NCBI GenBank assembly: GCA_002633005.1
Contig: NMRA01000189.1
Location: 34,406-98,405, forward strand
Direction: 5' to 3'
DNA: 64,000 nt
Origin: Phoronis australis
Lineage: Eukaryota > Animalia > Phoronida
The position numbers were made by a program, and so were the translations under genes. Below, piece after piece: positions 1-16,000 of this stretch (within the stretch, counting starts at the first letter, position 1; each line of letters starts with the position of its first letter). The notes beneath the pieces were generated by a model that ran no database searches, was not told the origin of the DNA, and was given only the letters and a program-made list of their open reading frames with translations.

Positions 1-63
1 TAGTAACACTGAGCTCAGAGGAGTACAAGAGACACTTTCGTGCTATGCTCGATTGTCTTCTAG

Positions 64-130
64 TAAAACCAGGATTCGAACCCAGGTCTCTCACATGGGA
101 GTCTACAGCTCAAACCACTGAGCCACAGTG
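64..130 (-). mobile_element. tRNA-derived SINE head
   Basis: Reverse complement has A-box TGGCTCAGTGG and B-box GGTTCGAATCC; no clean cloverleaf. Confidence 0.6.
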
Positions 131-309
131 TCTCCACGGAAACTCACAATTCATTATTTCCTGAGACTATACTCAGCATGCAAAATGATATGCCCGACAC
201 GCCCTAACAAGCCAACTTGTAGAGCAAGCAATCATACCATGCACCTGGCAGTTGTTTGAAGCTCTGAAATCACCTCCAATTTTACTGAGAAACAAGTCTG
301 AGATCAATT

Positions 310-408
310 TCTTATTTGATTTATTTATCATTTATTATTTATTATTGTGATATTTAAAATGAGGGTGGCCTCTTCAGTGATAGCACTGCTTTCCAAGAGG
401 GCCCTCAA
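310..408 (-). mobile_element. Possible LINE/SINE 3' tail (stem-loop followed by AAAT-type simple repeat)
   Basis: gagggtggcctcttcagtg...cactgctttccaagagggccctc hairpin next to (ttta)n-like sequence. Confidence 0.35.
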
Positions 409-1061
409 TGGTCTAAATAAAAATTTGTTTATTGTTATTGAGGGCAGTTTCATGACGACCTCCACCATTCAAATTTCACAACAGTCATAGAAAGTACGAG
501 ATCACTATTGTGAGGTGGTGTATACAGTCAAGTCACTCCACTGAGTTGTTCATGCAGGTCACACAATAGAGGTTGGNCGATTTAACAACAAAGAAACAAT
601 ATTAATTACAATGCATGTTATATCTTCTACCTTCAGCTTCAATTTTTAATGATGGATTTAGTTTGGTGTCCAAATGGGTTGCAGATTGTTGCAACGAACA
701 GATAGTAGATATCACTGAGACGCATTTGTGTTCACACTAATCCCCAACAAAACAAGCCAATCATAAAAGTTTAGCCACTGCGATAAATGGCTATGGAAAA
801 CCCAACCGTCAAGAATCATCCATAAATCCTAGTCAGAATATGAGATTTAGAACCCAATATATAGTGTCATTTCTTCAACCTGAGAAGAAAGCACCTATCA
901 GTATCAAACTGAAGCAAGGTCTCAAACCTTTTCAAAAGCCACACAAACGTATGCGAGCAAGGTTCTAATTGGTGTTACTTGCCCAGTTAGCTACAATCAC
1001 ACAGTCAATTTTTGGATAAGACAGAAATAACCAATTGTTCAACAATGATGAATGCAAATAC

Positions 1062-4000
1062 CATGTCAAGTTTTGTTGCGAATCCATCCACAGTATCTCC
1101 CAGTCTCTCAATCAAGCAGTCTGCAACTTTGTACTTCTCTCGAAACTCGCAAATTCCACTGTAACGTAAAGCGGAAAGAATAATTATTAAATTTAATTTC
1201 TAAATAAATTTAACTGTAAAACAAAAATTTAAGTATGTTATTAATATGTAAATAGAGTCACTAACAGTCAGACTGTGCAAACACTGTCATCTCACATGTA
1301 AAATAACACTTCAAGGGACACTTCTCCAATGATTAGCCAAACTGAAGTGCTTTGAAGTTTAAAAAATTAAAACGATCATCCGGAATTGTTGCCAAATGGG
1401 CGAGCAACTCAAGTCACAGGCGATGCGAACATCCAGCATTTTCAAATTTGTTATAGTGTGGAATGAAACTATGATTGACCACGATCTTCGTTAGTCTCAA
1501 TAATGTGCTGTTTCTAATGCTCTGCAGCAGAAAATGCCAACAGAACACTTTCGTAACTACACGGCACCTACAAATTGACCTGGTTTCCGTTTTTGAAAGT
1601 GGTATTAAGTTGTGAGTTGCACTACCAACTCAATAGTAGGTCGGCACCAAACGTGTTAGCTTGTTAAATGCAAACAAAATTTTCAAAATTTTTCATGAAA
1701 GATGACAGGATGTTCTATAAGATTCAGAGTCACTTCAATTGGTAAAAAATACATCTGATTCACAAAGTTAAAAAAGATTTTACTGTTCATGAAATAAGTC
1801 AGATTTTGCTTTAACTTGAGTTGCTTCATAAAATGACAATTACATCATAAGAAAGATCAACAGTCAACAGGATATTGAACAGAAGAAAATCAATTTGCTG
1901 AAAACGTCATCTTCCTAGCGTAATTCAACTTCCTCACATGCAATGACTCTAAATTTATTATGCAGTGACAGTGAATAAACATTTTAGTTTTTGGGGCCAC
2001 TTTTGAATGATTTACAATATTTCATCAATTGACAAAATTATTTAGACACGTCAAATACATTCAATACATAAGAATCATGCAAGCATGCAGACCTGAATAT
2101 TTTGAAAATTACTCACGCAAACCAGTCAGGCAGCTGATTGTAAACGTCCTTTAACTTTTTAAAAATGTCAAAGAAAAGCTTCATTCCTTTTCTACACCTG
2201 TGCTCAATCTTTTGCCTGCAATACACCAAAGGTCAAAGGGAACTATATCAATTTGAAATTGAAATATCTTGACACAAAGGAAACTTTTGTTTACCTCAAG
2301 AAATGTATTCTGACTTTCAACTGGTGAAAAACAATATATTGCCTTAAAAGTAATAATTTAAGTCAACAAACAACAGAAAATACTAAACATAAGAATTTTT
2401 GATCAAGTAAGTTCAACTTGGTACACGTACACTTAGTGTCACACTGTACTGAGTTCCAGAGTAAGAAGAAAAACTTGAAGTAATCTTGGAGTTGAGCTCG
2501 GAATAGGAATTATGACTTTATCACTCATTAAAATATAGCCTCAGTCATTGTGAGATGTGAGAGTTTCGTCTCCTTCTCAGATGATGACTAATTATTGATT
2601 TTCATTTTAATTTCTTTGTCACTATGGTTGATAACAAAAGTTGCCCATAGTACACATAAGAGTTTCATCCCAGGTAAAATATTTGCTGAAGTACGAAAAT
2701 GTTTGTTCACAATATACCTTTCAAACTGGTGGACCTGTATTTCACACTGGTTTAATCTTCTTACGGCGTCTTTCTTAAACTCATCCACGGTGTTCTCGAC
2801 TGCCTTGACAAGCTCCCTCATTACCATCAAGCTGGACAGAACACAATTTTTGGTCACAATGTGCATTCTCACACATTATAATTAGGAAAAAGTAACCTAA
2901 TCCAGTCTGCAAAAGCTATATGCCAAACATTGATAGTCTAGGGCATGCAAGAGTCAGCCCGCTTCAGTGGCACCTTTTACATTGTCAATAGATTTGTACA
3001 AGAGACCATGTTGTCGAGATGTTTCTTTATCAGAACGCTTATCTGAGATTCTTATTGCAGAATTAAAGTGATGATCTTTATAACTGTTTGGCTTCTAAAA
3101 TTAAAATTTCTTACAAAAAGTTAAGTTATAATTAATAATTTGAATAATACCCAAAAAAGACAAGTTGGGTTTTGGTTGATAATGGTAGTTCCGTTTGGTT
3201 TAAGTAACTCTTTGAACCATGGGAGATAATTGTCCTGCGAGTCCTGATGCCGGAGAACATACAGTAGGAACACTTAGCAACGGACAAGATTGACATCTGG
3301 ATTCAGCCTCAACGTGGAAACGACTGTCGTTTAAACCAAACAGGAGATTTTCGTAATGAGGTGCTCAATTTAGAGTCATCATAGGAGATTAGACAACCAA
3401 TCGCAAGGTTTTCACAGAGATTAAATCTAAGTCCTCAACGGTATCATTCTATCTGAAAATTATAATTTCGATGACAGATGAAAGTTATTCAATCGGAAAT
3501 GGATTGTAACGTAGGAATGTTTTATTGACCTGCCTGAAAGTGTTGTGCATGAATTTGAACATAAAGTAATGTTGCAACAACATTTCATGATAATCACACA
3601 CAACTCTCAAGCCCTCTCCACGCACTGTCACTTACAATCAGACCGTCTAGACAGGTGTTCAGATGCAATTTCTCGGGATTAATAATCATATACGATTGTC
3701 AATTGCGATAAATCACACTTTGCCACATGACAAATCCTTCGACTTGTGAGACCAATGTACATCCGCTGCTTGCTCCTCATGACATGTGACCGACTGAAAT
3801 GGTGTAAATGCGTGAATGCTTCGTTTCAAGCAACTCTACTCTACAGAAACAGCATCAATGTCGCAAAAATTCTTTTAAGATAACCTTAGCATGTAGACAG
3901 AGTGTTGAACATGATGCGTCATTCACATTATGTAGAGGGCTTCAATTTTAAATAATTAACAGTCACCAGCAGAGAGTCCTCCAGTGACCTAAAACCAACC

Positions 4001-7000
4001 TATTGTCTCCTTCAGAAACCCCTTGCCCAGTGTACCAGTGGGTGGCCAGCCCTCTGTTCCCCACATACTGGTCGTAACATTGCATCACCTTGTTTGCGGT
4101 GTCCTTTAGTAGACGGTTGACCTACAATGGGAAACAATGATAGATGCTCACAATATCCCAACACGCAATATGCATTTTTTAATGAAGTCTTTGTAAACAC
4201 AGTTTGCTCATAACAGTTGCCACCAAATAACTTTTGATACCTAATAATATAACACATGGATGTTCAACAATTTTTAATAGAACCCAACGAGAACCCAACA
4301 GACTCTAAATATCAGATTTTTTTATATATTTTCCAAATACTTCCTTTAATTCACCCAAGGAAAAAATAACTAAAGAATATTCTAATATGAAATGAACAAG
4401 ATACCAAAACCACAGAGTTAATTCTTTTGGCATACAAAGCATTTAGTAATCAATCTGACACATCTAGAACTTAATTCACTAATTGGTGTCTACAGTGTAT
4501 TTGCCAGCCAGTAACTGTGAATGTTCCATACCAGTTGGGACCACATAACACTAACCACAAGCACTCTCTCTAATTTGATGATCAGATTATTTTGACAATA
4601 AAGAGATTATAGATCAAGGATTGCTGATTGTGATTACATCACTAATTAAAAAGACATCACAAACCCCTTATGCATTTTTGCTTAAAGTTTAAATGTACTT
4701 TCAAATTAATTGTGTAAATGCAAACAACACTGCACCATAACTCTAATTATAATAAACGTTTAAAAATTGAAGGCATTCAAAACAATGTTAGAAGTCCTTA
4801 AAAAGATGTGAAAACGATAAATATTTGCAATACTTTGACATTCTCGGCAAAACGTGAGAGATCCATGCATCATCACCATAGATTGACTTGTGAACATAAC
4901 CTTTAAACACGTTTTCTCTACCCACTTGCTAAAAACAGGCCAATGTTGCTTTTGCACAAAAACATGTTTTTCAATAAAATACAAGTGCATGCACGAGAGC
5001 TGCTACATTGATTTACCTCCCCCGCTGTGCTTGTACAATTCTCGACCATTTCATCCAGCTGGAACTCACTAGTGACGACCTCTTCAGGCAGGTCTGTGAA
5101 TTGTTTGTTGACCAAGTGCAGAAGATCTGTCTCGCGTCCATGGCAAGTCTGAAGCGTGCTTAGTTGCTGGCTTTGGACACGTTCGCGACTCTGCAGGTCT
5201 TTGAGTGTCCCACGCATTTTGCAAATGTTCGTTGAATAGTAATGTCTGAAAAGAAAATGGTCAATATGAAAACTCAAGGTCAATAAATGGCACATTGCTA
5301 TCATCATCACAGCTCTAAATGTACCAACATTTTAAAACAGAAATGAAAATAAATTGATTAATCCATTTTAATGAAATTAAGATTGTTGAAACAAGCCATC
5401 AATATATGAAATATTATCACTAAATGAAGATGTTTACTACATTCAAAACTACATGATCACGCATCATGCTATCTTATCACTTACATTAACATCTGAACAG
5501 CGGCCTTTAGATGGCGCTCTTTGCGAAGGTTGCTCAGCATTTCCTTCTCAGTAAGGTGAAGAATTTCACACATCATTCTGGCTATCTGTAGGTCGTGTTC
5601 ATAGTTAACGCTTGTATGGAATTTTGGTAAAGATGCTGAAAGAGATAACAACATCAGTGTGCCATTGCCAGAAAAAAGTAGAAGCCAATTTGAGTATAGA
5701 CACCATTTTGCGGAAATACCATATGAAAAAGTAGAGTAGAGCATGACCAAACTCACCACAAATTAGATAAACAAAAATATTTCAGTAGCAAGAAGCATAG
5801 AAACACCTTTCAGTGTGAGGAACAAACTGTGAGTGGTTTAGTGAGCAGTTGTAACCCACTTAACTCTCCAAAGCATGAAGCAGGTAATTGTAATGAATAT
5901 TATTCTCTGTAATGGTAGTTTAGACTTTAACTGCTGTTATTACTTTCTGTGATGATGGTTCAGACAGTAGGCGTAACACTTATAATTTCCTGTAAAGGTA
6001 GTTCAGCTAGAAGTTGAAACAAAAACTGTAAGGGTGATTTAGCCATTAGCTGTAATGGTTATAAGGGTGGTTAAGTCAATTCTGTAAGGGCAAAAAATGA
6101 TCCCTATTTACACTTTTTTCTTATAAGTATCACAGCAACCTCTGTTGGTAAACTTACGCACGATATGTTGAGATATCGGTAAGAACTCATGACTAGTCCT
6201 TGGTATTAGAAACACGGGACTGTCCACACTTGTAGACGGGAAACGTTCAGCAGATTTGGACTGTGTGACAATAGTCGCGAGTGAGTCGTTGTCGAATAGA
6301 AGCAACTGTTGTTCCGCTGGAATGTCAGTCTGTAGCGCAACCAGTTCTTGGAATATGGTGTAGCTGTAAAGGACAATTTTGATTAACTAAATCGATACAA
6401 TGGAAATACAAATATCATGGAATATCAGCAATTTCTGACAAAAATAAATGTCCGTATCTTAAATGATACGTGGGACTTCATATCAGAAAGGGATAAACAA
6501 AAGAAAAACATTCTTTAAATTTTTTGATTTTAGATGTCACATACATGATACACAAACCTTCTCGGACCAATGCAACAGCTCACCAGAAACGGGTTCTATA
6601 AAATGAAACTTAAAGCATTGCTGCTGAACTGTAGCTTTTTATGAAGACAACCCAAAATATTCAGGCTCGCTGACATAATGAACAGACAAAAACTTTGTGC
6701 CTGTGGCATCGGCAACAGTTACTATGGAAATCAAACATATTATAATGATATGTTAATTAGCTGATTATGAGTTACGAGGAATTTATTGGGACAACCTAAC
6801 ACAGCAAAAGTCACTGTATCCTCCATTGACTTCAGTGAGACAAGTCCTCGGATAGTGCTGCTCATTTTCCTGTGATTTACAGAAAGGTATAATAAGGAAT
6901 GGTGAGGAGTTGTGCTTTTGGTGGTCGAGACAACTCAATACTTGAGCACGCTGTGGCTTAGTTCACTTTCTCGCGGGACATCAAAGAAGCACCGATATGG

Positions 7001-10000
7001 CACAAGGTTGTTCAAGAAACTCGTATGATGGTGAACGTGACACAATGCATGAGGCTGGGTACGTTCATAAGTCATACTCATGTTCTTGAACCTATGTTTC
7101 AATCAAAGTCAAATTGCTACAAAAACTGTTTTCTCGTCTTTGGGATATTGAATGAATGATTGTGACATGCAGTGCAATATAAAGGAATTGTAATGAATCT
7201 GACAATGTAGTCACGTGTCAAAACGAGGTAAATATAAGTACTCTACGACCCTGAGTAAGACAAAAGTCGGCATGCGTTCATAAAAACAACTTTTGTTGGG
7301 GACTGTTTTCAACTTAGTCTGTGTCTGATGTCAGCAACTTGTCCAATACTGGCGCTCTGAAGTGACAATGAAAAGTCCGATTGTACACCTATAAGACCTT
7401 AGGACCTTAAGACCTTTGTCAAACAAACTATTGGATAAAAAACTATCTGCCACACTGTTTTCACCTGGGATGTTTATCAATATAAATCCTCATTGTTGAA
7501 GCTTGCGGCACACCAAAGACATGAATAACTTGTTTGCTGAGTATGAGTGAAACGTAGTCAAAGAGTTGATCAAAAGACCACTGTTTCTCTGGGTCAGTTT
7601 CAAGAAGTGAAGCAAACATAGGCGTGATCAAATCTTGGAGCCCTCTGTAAATAGAATAAAGACACAGTTACTATGTATATCGCAAGCGTGCTTTTGGCAG
7701 GCTAACTTTAACAAGTTTGAGGTGGTTTAAACACACCGAAAATACCGCTCGTGGTTTCTATCTGGACACAAAATTGAAAACAAAAACCTAGAAGTGTTGA
7801 TTTGCCCATTACAAGAACTTAAAATAAATAGTTGCACAGTGATGACAAAACAAAACTTGTTATTGAAACATAAAGATGCCAATAAGTAATGATGTTCCGA
7901 GTAACGCAGCGTGACTATTTACAGCTAAAGGAACAATCAGACCCCTGAGTTGTTTGAGTCAGTAACTATTTTTGAACCAGGATCAAAAAGTCCTGTAAAA
8001 TCAATAAAAATGTCATTTGGTACAGCACTGTACATTATTTTACAAATTAGTCATGTGTCAGTACCAAAACCATGCAGGGATGACATCGTAATGTTACACA
8101 TTAGCTACGAGAGAATAAATTTGAAACATAAACTCTAGCTGGGTCCACCTCCCCATCAAACTTTATCCTATGTGACAGCCATAGGCCTTATTCTATTTAC
8201 CCAATCGTTTTGCTTGTCTGGTACTCAAAATGGCCATTTTCCAACTTCATTAACCATTTGCCCGCTAAACCAACCCTTCATCTTCTTTTAATCAACCATT
8301 TTTATTACCGTACTAAACCGATCACTTTCCCTGCTTCTGAATCGGCTTGCAAAACTACAGAAAGTGAGATGACTAAATCGACTTGCAAATAACAAAATTG
8401 ACTTCTACAAAACTTGCTAATCTCAACCCCGCAACAATATAGTCTTTAGAGTATAATGACACATCAGAAGTAGACTTACTGTGACTGGACACATGTGTCA
8501 GGAAGTCGACGATTCCATTTGATTGATCCTCCTTTCTTAATCTGTACTCCTGATATCACACCTGACTCTTTTTCACCAATCATTTGATACCTGCAATGGT
8601 ATCAAAGAGTCAGAAGGAAAGTAACATTAAAAGCCTTGTAAATTTGCAATGATTAGCTCAAAGCAGCAGTCCACATGAGAAGTCTCTGCTTCCAAGCCAC
8701 ATCCAAGATGGCTACTTTCTGTTACGATTGCCATTGCAGAAACTCTCGGTTTCATTTAAACATGGCCACTCATGGACCCCAGACCTAATCTCCGAACTCA
8801 AACTCAAAACTAAACAATCACGCTGCATGACTCAAGTACAAATATGTAAGTTTACTCAAAGCGCGCTCAGCCATTGGTAATTTTTTCACTCCAGTTTCGA
8901 ATTCAGAGATTAGACCTCCGACCCTAAATTACATTTTGTCATTATTTGCAGTTATAATTTATTTGCACATTGAAGATACGAGAATTACCTCCATGACAAG
9001 AACCAAAAGACCAGTCAGCTACTGTATGACAACAATTATCAATCAAATAAATTTCACCACAGACTGCAGATCCCTTCGAGCAAGCAAAACGCATTAAACA
9101 ATTTGACCACATCACTTATATAGGTCAACTATTCATTTCCTCATGGTGCATTATCCGTCAGTAAGGGCAAATAATAATAATTGCACAAAATCTGTCCAAG
9201 CAGACTGAAAAAATTGAATCTTACAATAGGAACTAGGCATCTCATAATCAATTCAATTCTTGTATGACCACATGGAGAGTGATGATTTGCGGTACGCCAT
9301 GAATAGAGTTGGCTAACTGGATATTTTAGGGCAAAGAATCTGTGGATACTCACATGGTCTCCTTGTTTTCTCTCCCACCAAATGGTCTGAATGGTAGATG
9401 GCCGGTAGCTACATGGTAAAAGGTTACACCAAGACTCCACAGGTCAACTGTGGCATTGAATGTTTGACCTTTGCACTTTTTAAGTACTGCCCTTTCATAG
9501 ATGTCAGGATGCTGAAATTATGACATGGGTAAATTCTTAATGCTAAGTCAACAGATAGATCAAACCAAAGTAATGTTTTTGGCCATATGACTACCAAGCC
9601 CAGTGGACCAAAACTCCACAGTCGCGCTTTACAAAGAAATGGGACTTCATTCGTGTAAAAAGACAAAGCGCAAATACCTAGCTATCTTTACAACTGAGAT
9701 CAAGTATTCTGCTGACTCATCATAAAACCGTGACTAGTAATATTCAAGTTTCAACAAAAGTCAATTATCCTGTCCACCTAAGGTGATTTTCACTTATTTC
9801 ACACAAAAATAGTGACCAAAATTGTCAATTTCTGCTCTTTTTAGGGTGAGTTAATGGAAACGTATTTACCAACTGTTGCTTTATGACGTCTGCATACTAA
9901 TCAAGGTGAGAACAGACTGATATTTGTCGGCCATATTGTGTCGTAAAACTAGATGGAAAATTAAGATACTAGCCGAGTGCAGCCAAACAATGGTTTATGG

Positions 10001-13000
10001 ATTGGTGATGGTGGCTGTGGGATGAACCAACTATGGATATTGAGGTGTACGAATCTTGCCCTGAAATTTACCAGTAGTGAGCGCAAAAAGTTACCCGTTT
10101 CCGCATGTTTCCAGTCTCTTTTATCCAATGGGCTTGGACGTTCTGAGAATGAGTTTGAGTGACAAGGCATTTAATATCAAGTATAGTTTTTGATAAAATC
10201 ACAAAAAGAAAATTTTCCAAATTCTTTTACAGGAGCAGACGTCCATGTCTTTCATGAGGACATATCATTCCGGGATTTACATAAAACGCTTTCAAGTACG
10301 AATAAAGCTGAACTCCTACTAAATATTCTTCTGTTCCATACAGTGACTGAAACTGTTCCCCATCTTGCAGTTCTCGAGCAGCTCCAAAGTCAGTGAGCTT
10401 GTAAACAGACCTGAATGTAAATAGTACATAACACATCATCGAAGCACAGTTGAATACATTCACATGTATTTAGAACAACAGGTCGTCTCTGGCCACGGCA
10501 TTAATAGGAAGGATACAGCAAACCGTTTAACTATTCGTATTCATTGTATAGATAAACACAATCACGTCAGATGTTTCCCATAATGATTTCAGTAAAGGAT
10601 GATTTTTGAAGACAGTTAACGGCAAACTACATCATCACACTAATTCAAAATGAATTGCACTGTCATTTCAAATTTTGTGAGCTAATAATTATAAATTATT
10701 GTTTTTTGTCACCTACTGGTCACATAAACCACTAAAGATGCTTTACAGAAATTTAGCAAAACAGCCTACATTGTTTATAAGATGAACATACAGTTAATGT
10801 CATCGTTAAAAATTGTTTGTCTTTCACCTTCTACCAAGACAGGGCAAGTGCTGAGCTGACATTAAGACCTATTTCAAGATATCTATTACAGCATCAGTCC
10901 CTTCCCATGTATGGTTATCTGTAATCTGGTTCCATCATCCTTTCCTTAGTTGTGATCTATATTGTGCACTTTAATATTCATCTGAATAGATTTTGAATTG
11001 TGAGACTAAGAATTGCCAGAGAAGAGACAACTCCCCGTCTGTTGCCACTTTTGAGGTTCCCAAGATGAAAGTTTCTGGCCTTCCTAAAACTGCTTCGATG
11101 TGGTGATGTCATAACGTCATTTCCACTGACTACTGATCTGTTTACACCAAACTCTAGCCCATTTACAGTGTTTAGCACAATGCTTTGGTCATATTTGCAA
11201 CCATCTTCAGGTGTTATAGCATTCTTAGAAGGAGCACGGATATTTGGTACACCCATGGTAGGCACTAGTGATTAGCTATCTGGACTCAAAACAGGAAGGC
11301 TCCAGGATCAAATCCTGGCATGCACCAGAAAAAATACATTTCAAGCACCCAGCAAGAGTGTATCAAATGCCCGTGCTCATTCTTCTTATAACACCAGGTG
11401 GCTAGAAAGATGACCAATCAGAACATTGTGCCAAATAATGTATGGTTTAGAGTTTCACGTAAGTACACCAACAGATTTTAGAATTAATGTTACCTTTCTG
11501 GAAGAAGCAGGATAATAATGATAACCCTGACAGATTGCTTTTTACTTATTAACCTCCCACCCCTATGTACTCATTCTGAACACTGCAACACCTAAAAATG
11601 CCTGCAAAAATGACTGACAGAGACATCGTGCTAAATTTAAAGTTTGGCGTAAATACACTATCATATTCAAGAAATGGTTGTAACTTCTGGGACAGAAGTA
11701 TTATTAAGAGTAAAGCAACAACCCCCCAAGCATTTCTAAACAACATAGTGGGTACTAGGAAACTGTTGATAAACATTAAAAATTAAGAACAACAATTATC
11801 TGCAGTGAAAAATGGGCACACCTAGACAGCCAAATAGTGAGAGCAACTATGCTTTGTTTTCTACTTCTTCCATGATACCAAAAGCCAAAATGCACAACCA
11901 AGATGACCTACCAATCCCCGATAGGGGTTATCCTAGTTATTCAATTATTGAAAGAACAAAAATTCAATGAAGAGTAAAGCATTGATACTGTTTTTACTAG
12001 CTTGGAATGTTGTATGTCTAAACTAATGACTGAGGAGCTATTAAGACGAATATAATATATGAGCAAACCTTCCATCCTCTGTGATGTATCGCAGAATATT
12101 GGCAGGTTTAATGTCGCGATGTGCTATTTTCCGATTGCGCAAGTACTCCACACCATTTGCTGAAATCCAAGTTTTGTGAAGTTTATACCAAATTAAAACA
12201 TAGACAGTTGAGATGAGTGTATCGCATGTCGAGAACCTTGGTTTTAACAAGCATTGATGGAAGGAGCACAGTGCTTATTAAGTTGATACATACTGTCTTG
12301 TAAACATATCAGAGCGAAAATAGTACTAAGTGATTGTATCAAACAACATTATCACTTTTAGATATCCTTATCCTAATGTATTGTGATCAAACTCTAGGAG
12401 ATAATAGACCAAAGATAACAAATGTCAACATAACTTATCGTGTAAAGAATTTATTTTGAATGCACTAACATTATGTGCTCGTTAAATTCAATTAAAGGCT
12501 ATACCAACAGGTCGGGGTGGTAATGGTCTGGTATTATGTGCCCAAATTTTGAGGTCTAGTTTTCTCAACTGAATAATGGGCATCAAACTGATTCTCAAAA
12601 TACGGGCAAATTATACCCAACTATTGCCGGTCTGAGCAGCACTTTAGCCCGCCATAGGATGTGAAGAAAAGGGCGAGTCAATATTTTTAATCACATTTTG
12701 GGAGCTGCATTTAAACTACTGGCATCCTACTGATGGCATCTACAAGAGAGATCTTGTCCCTTCTCTCAGTTTTAGAGAATGTAGTTACCAACATGCTAAC
12801 ATTTCACGTCATACTGCTCACATGAGCATGGTTTGTAAAACCAACTTTTTGTCAATTGAAGAGTCTTCTAAAGGTGACAAATTTCACAGACCAACTGCAC
12901 TTATCTTTCAAGGTAGCAGACATCAGTAATGGCCTGACAACTACAAGTCAACGTCGGTATCCAACCAACACTGTCTCAGTTTTCTCCAGCTAATATGCAA

Positions 13001-16000
13001 TGAATATTAAAGTATTTGGTGGAACTTACTGACATCTCCCAACACACATAAGAACTCTTCCTCAGCCAGACCATAAGCATTCTGAGGTTCATCTATAAGC
13101 ATGGAGTACAGACTACCACCTGAACACAGCTCCATAATGATCACCTTTTCTCTAAGAGCCTGAAATATAACGTGACCATTTTTTTTTTTAAAACGTGATT
13201 TTTGAAAGAGATTGTCAAACTTTCGAAGACAGGTGAACTTGTGTACAAAAATTGCTAATTCAGTTTAGTCACTTTATTAGCACAAAACTGTGTCTCATCA
13301 CAAGAGAACTCCACATGTCTCTTCACCAGGGAACTCCAGTACCAAAAAATGGCAACATCAGCTATTTTCATACAATGCAAAGATTTGTAGGCTATCAAAA
13401 GAAAAATCTTAATGAATTAAAAGTACAAGCACAGTGACAACAAAGACCTAAAGGTGCCTGTCAGGTTCCAAGTATTGTGAGTAAAAGCGCCATCTACCAG
13501 TGACACTACATTCCAAACGAGGCTATAAAGGTTCAGTGTCTCTCACAGTCTGCTTCAGACTTTGAGAGCGGCATCCTTACCAGCTGTTCTTCAACTGCTA
13601 ACATTTTAGCGATGTTTTTGTGGTCAAGTTGGCTCATTATTTCAAATTCTCTCATCTGTACACTTTCGGGTCGACAGAAGCTGTCCGCATTGAATATCTT
13701 AACAGCATACATTTCCCCATCCAGCTGTAAATAGAATGTACAGTATCATAAAAATAATCTGGACATGTTTACGTATCCATGTATAATACTAAACATGAAA
13801 TCCGCTGCTATCATGTGCTGCAAATTAGAGATCGCCAGTTTTATTTCTGTGCTCTTCAAAGTGTAGAGCGTTATTTGAATGGTCTCTAGTAGGGACTTGT
13901 GATTTGTTGTAAACTGACTGATCTCAACTAACTCAGCAATGACGATCAGGCTGGCCCTCCCAACATGGCCACAGGGTGGTCATCTCACCAAATTTTTCCT
14001 GTTACATTTTTGAGGGTGCTACTCGGATACAAAAGCAACTTTATAAAGCCATACTCCGCTGTACTGCTCTTAGGTAGTAGGGTAAAAATTCTCCAGTTTT
14101 GAAAAGTCTCCAGAATTTCATTACGGTCACTCTCCCGTTCAGTGACTTTACCAGACATTGAGGGTTGTGAGCGTGTGATAACATCTAGCTCCCTTGTTAA
14201 CTGCCAAGCACAGTCTTTTGTCTGATATGATAACAGGCAAGCCAATTATCTACCAGGCTTATTACAGACCATGTGTGAACACAGTCAACCCTAGAGCTAA
14301 TTAGTACATTTGGAAAGAATAGATTGTCATAACTTTGGTTGTAGTTGGGAGATTTTGGCGATTCAAAACACTAAACATGATCACCATTTGAGGAGGAAAC
14401 CAGTTTTGAGAAGTCTCTAGAGTTTGGGATGCTGAAATTCAAGTCAAAATAGAATTTCTTTGAGTTTAAAGTGAACAATACAATATATCAGTCAATTCAA
14501 TAAGTTAACAAATGAAAATAATAATTAGATTCAAACTGATTACTGTAAGAAAACTGATGGTTTTAGATTGCACAAAGCTGACTGCATCACCTCAGTGGAA
14601 GAACGAGGCTGACTGGAAAAGCTCAACTGAATATTCACCAAGTAAGTGCTAAAGAAGAGTTTTTCAGAAAATACATCTGGGGCACACTATGCAAATGTGC
14701 ACATAGGCCCATGAGCCAATATGCATTATTTTTCTAGTGCGTTTCACATACTAGGCCCATGTGCCTAAATTTTAGTTACAGGCACAGGAGGCTATCATGA
14801 TCGCATTATCATTGGCGACCTAGCAAACATCTCAGGTTGCCAAACAAAATCTGAGGTCACCAAAACTGAAAATCCAAGGACGCCACATGAAATCTGAGTT
14901 TGTTGATCTGGCATAGATATCGTTGACTAAAAAAAGGTTGTACTGTCGAAACATGACAACATGACCCATTCTCTTGCGCAGACCTCTCCAATTTCTCCCC
15001 GTACATGTGTAAATGTACACAAGTACATTCATTCTCTACCTCAATTCCTCCCATCAATGAACAAACATAGAACGTGGAGAACCACATGGACTGGTGGTGC
15101 AAATTTCAAAGATCATACCCAATTTTTGTCAAACAATTCCGACTTCTGTCTAATTACTTTCTATTGAAATTTAAGCGCATGTTTGATGTGTGATGATTGC
15201 TAAGGTGGAAAATGCACTGATTTCACAAAATAAGCAAAATCATGTTGAATCAAATGTAATTAATCAAGGAAAACTGTTAGTAGTTTAAAGTTTGGAAGTC
15301 AACACAAACTTCGTCTGACTTTGATACTCACAGTGACGACTTCGTGGCGACTTGGAATTTTTCCCAGGTCACCAAACACAATCTGAGGTCGTATTAGCAA
15401 CCTGCAGGTCGCCAATACGAGCATTGATAGGCCTTCTACTTTCAGAAAATAAAACTTTTACTGAGTCAAATATAAATGCTTAAGTTTTGAAGATATTCAG
15501 TTGAATATGGAGACTATTCAGTAAGGTCCTACATAATCTTGAGGACTAGATTCTGAGAAGTTTCTGTTAAAGCGACAGACGTAGATTTGACATAGTCGAC
15601 TGCAACTCTGCACAACCTATACTCAAGGGAAAATTAGGATTTGGTTTTTGGTGTCAAAAATGACACCTTCCTAAAATACGCTTTGCCTGTGAAAATCTAC
15701 GGTAGATTCCTCAGTTTTCCATGTGCAATTAAGCATAGAATGGGCTATAACTGAAGCATCGCAACATTTTAAAACTGTTGAAAATTGGATGACTAATGAT
15801 GCTTGTAACTACCAGTTGGTCATCAATCCCTTCAACAATAGAATTAATCTATTAGATTAGATTTGGCACACTGGGAATCTCCTAAAATACAGGTACACCC
15901 AAGAGTTAATTTTCAAAATTAAAATTAATTTTGGAGTATGTATGGTTTTCCTAAAACCATGCACAAATAGAGCAAAAATGGTTGAACGGATGAAATAGAA

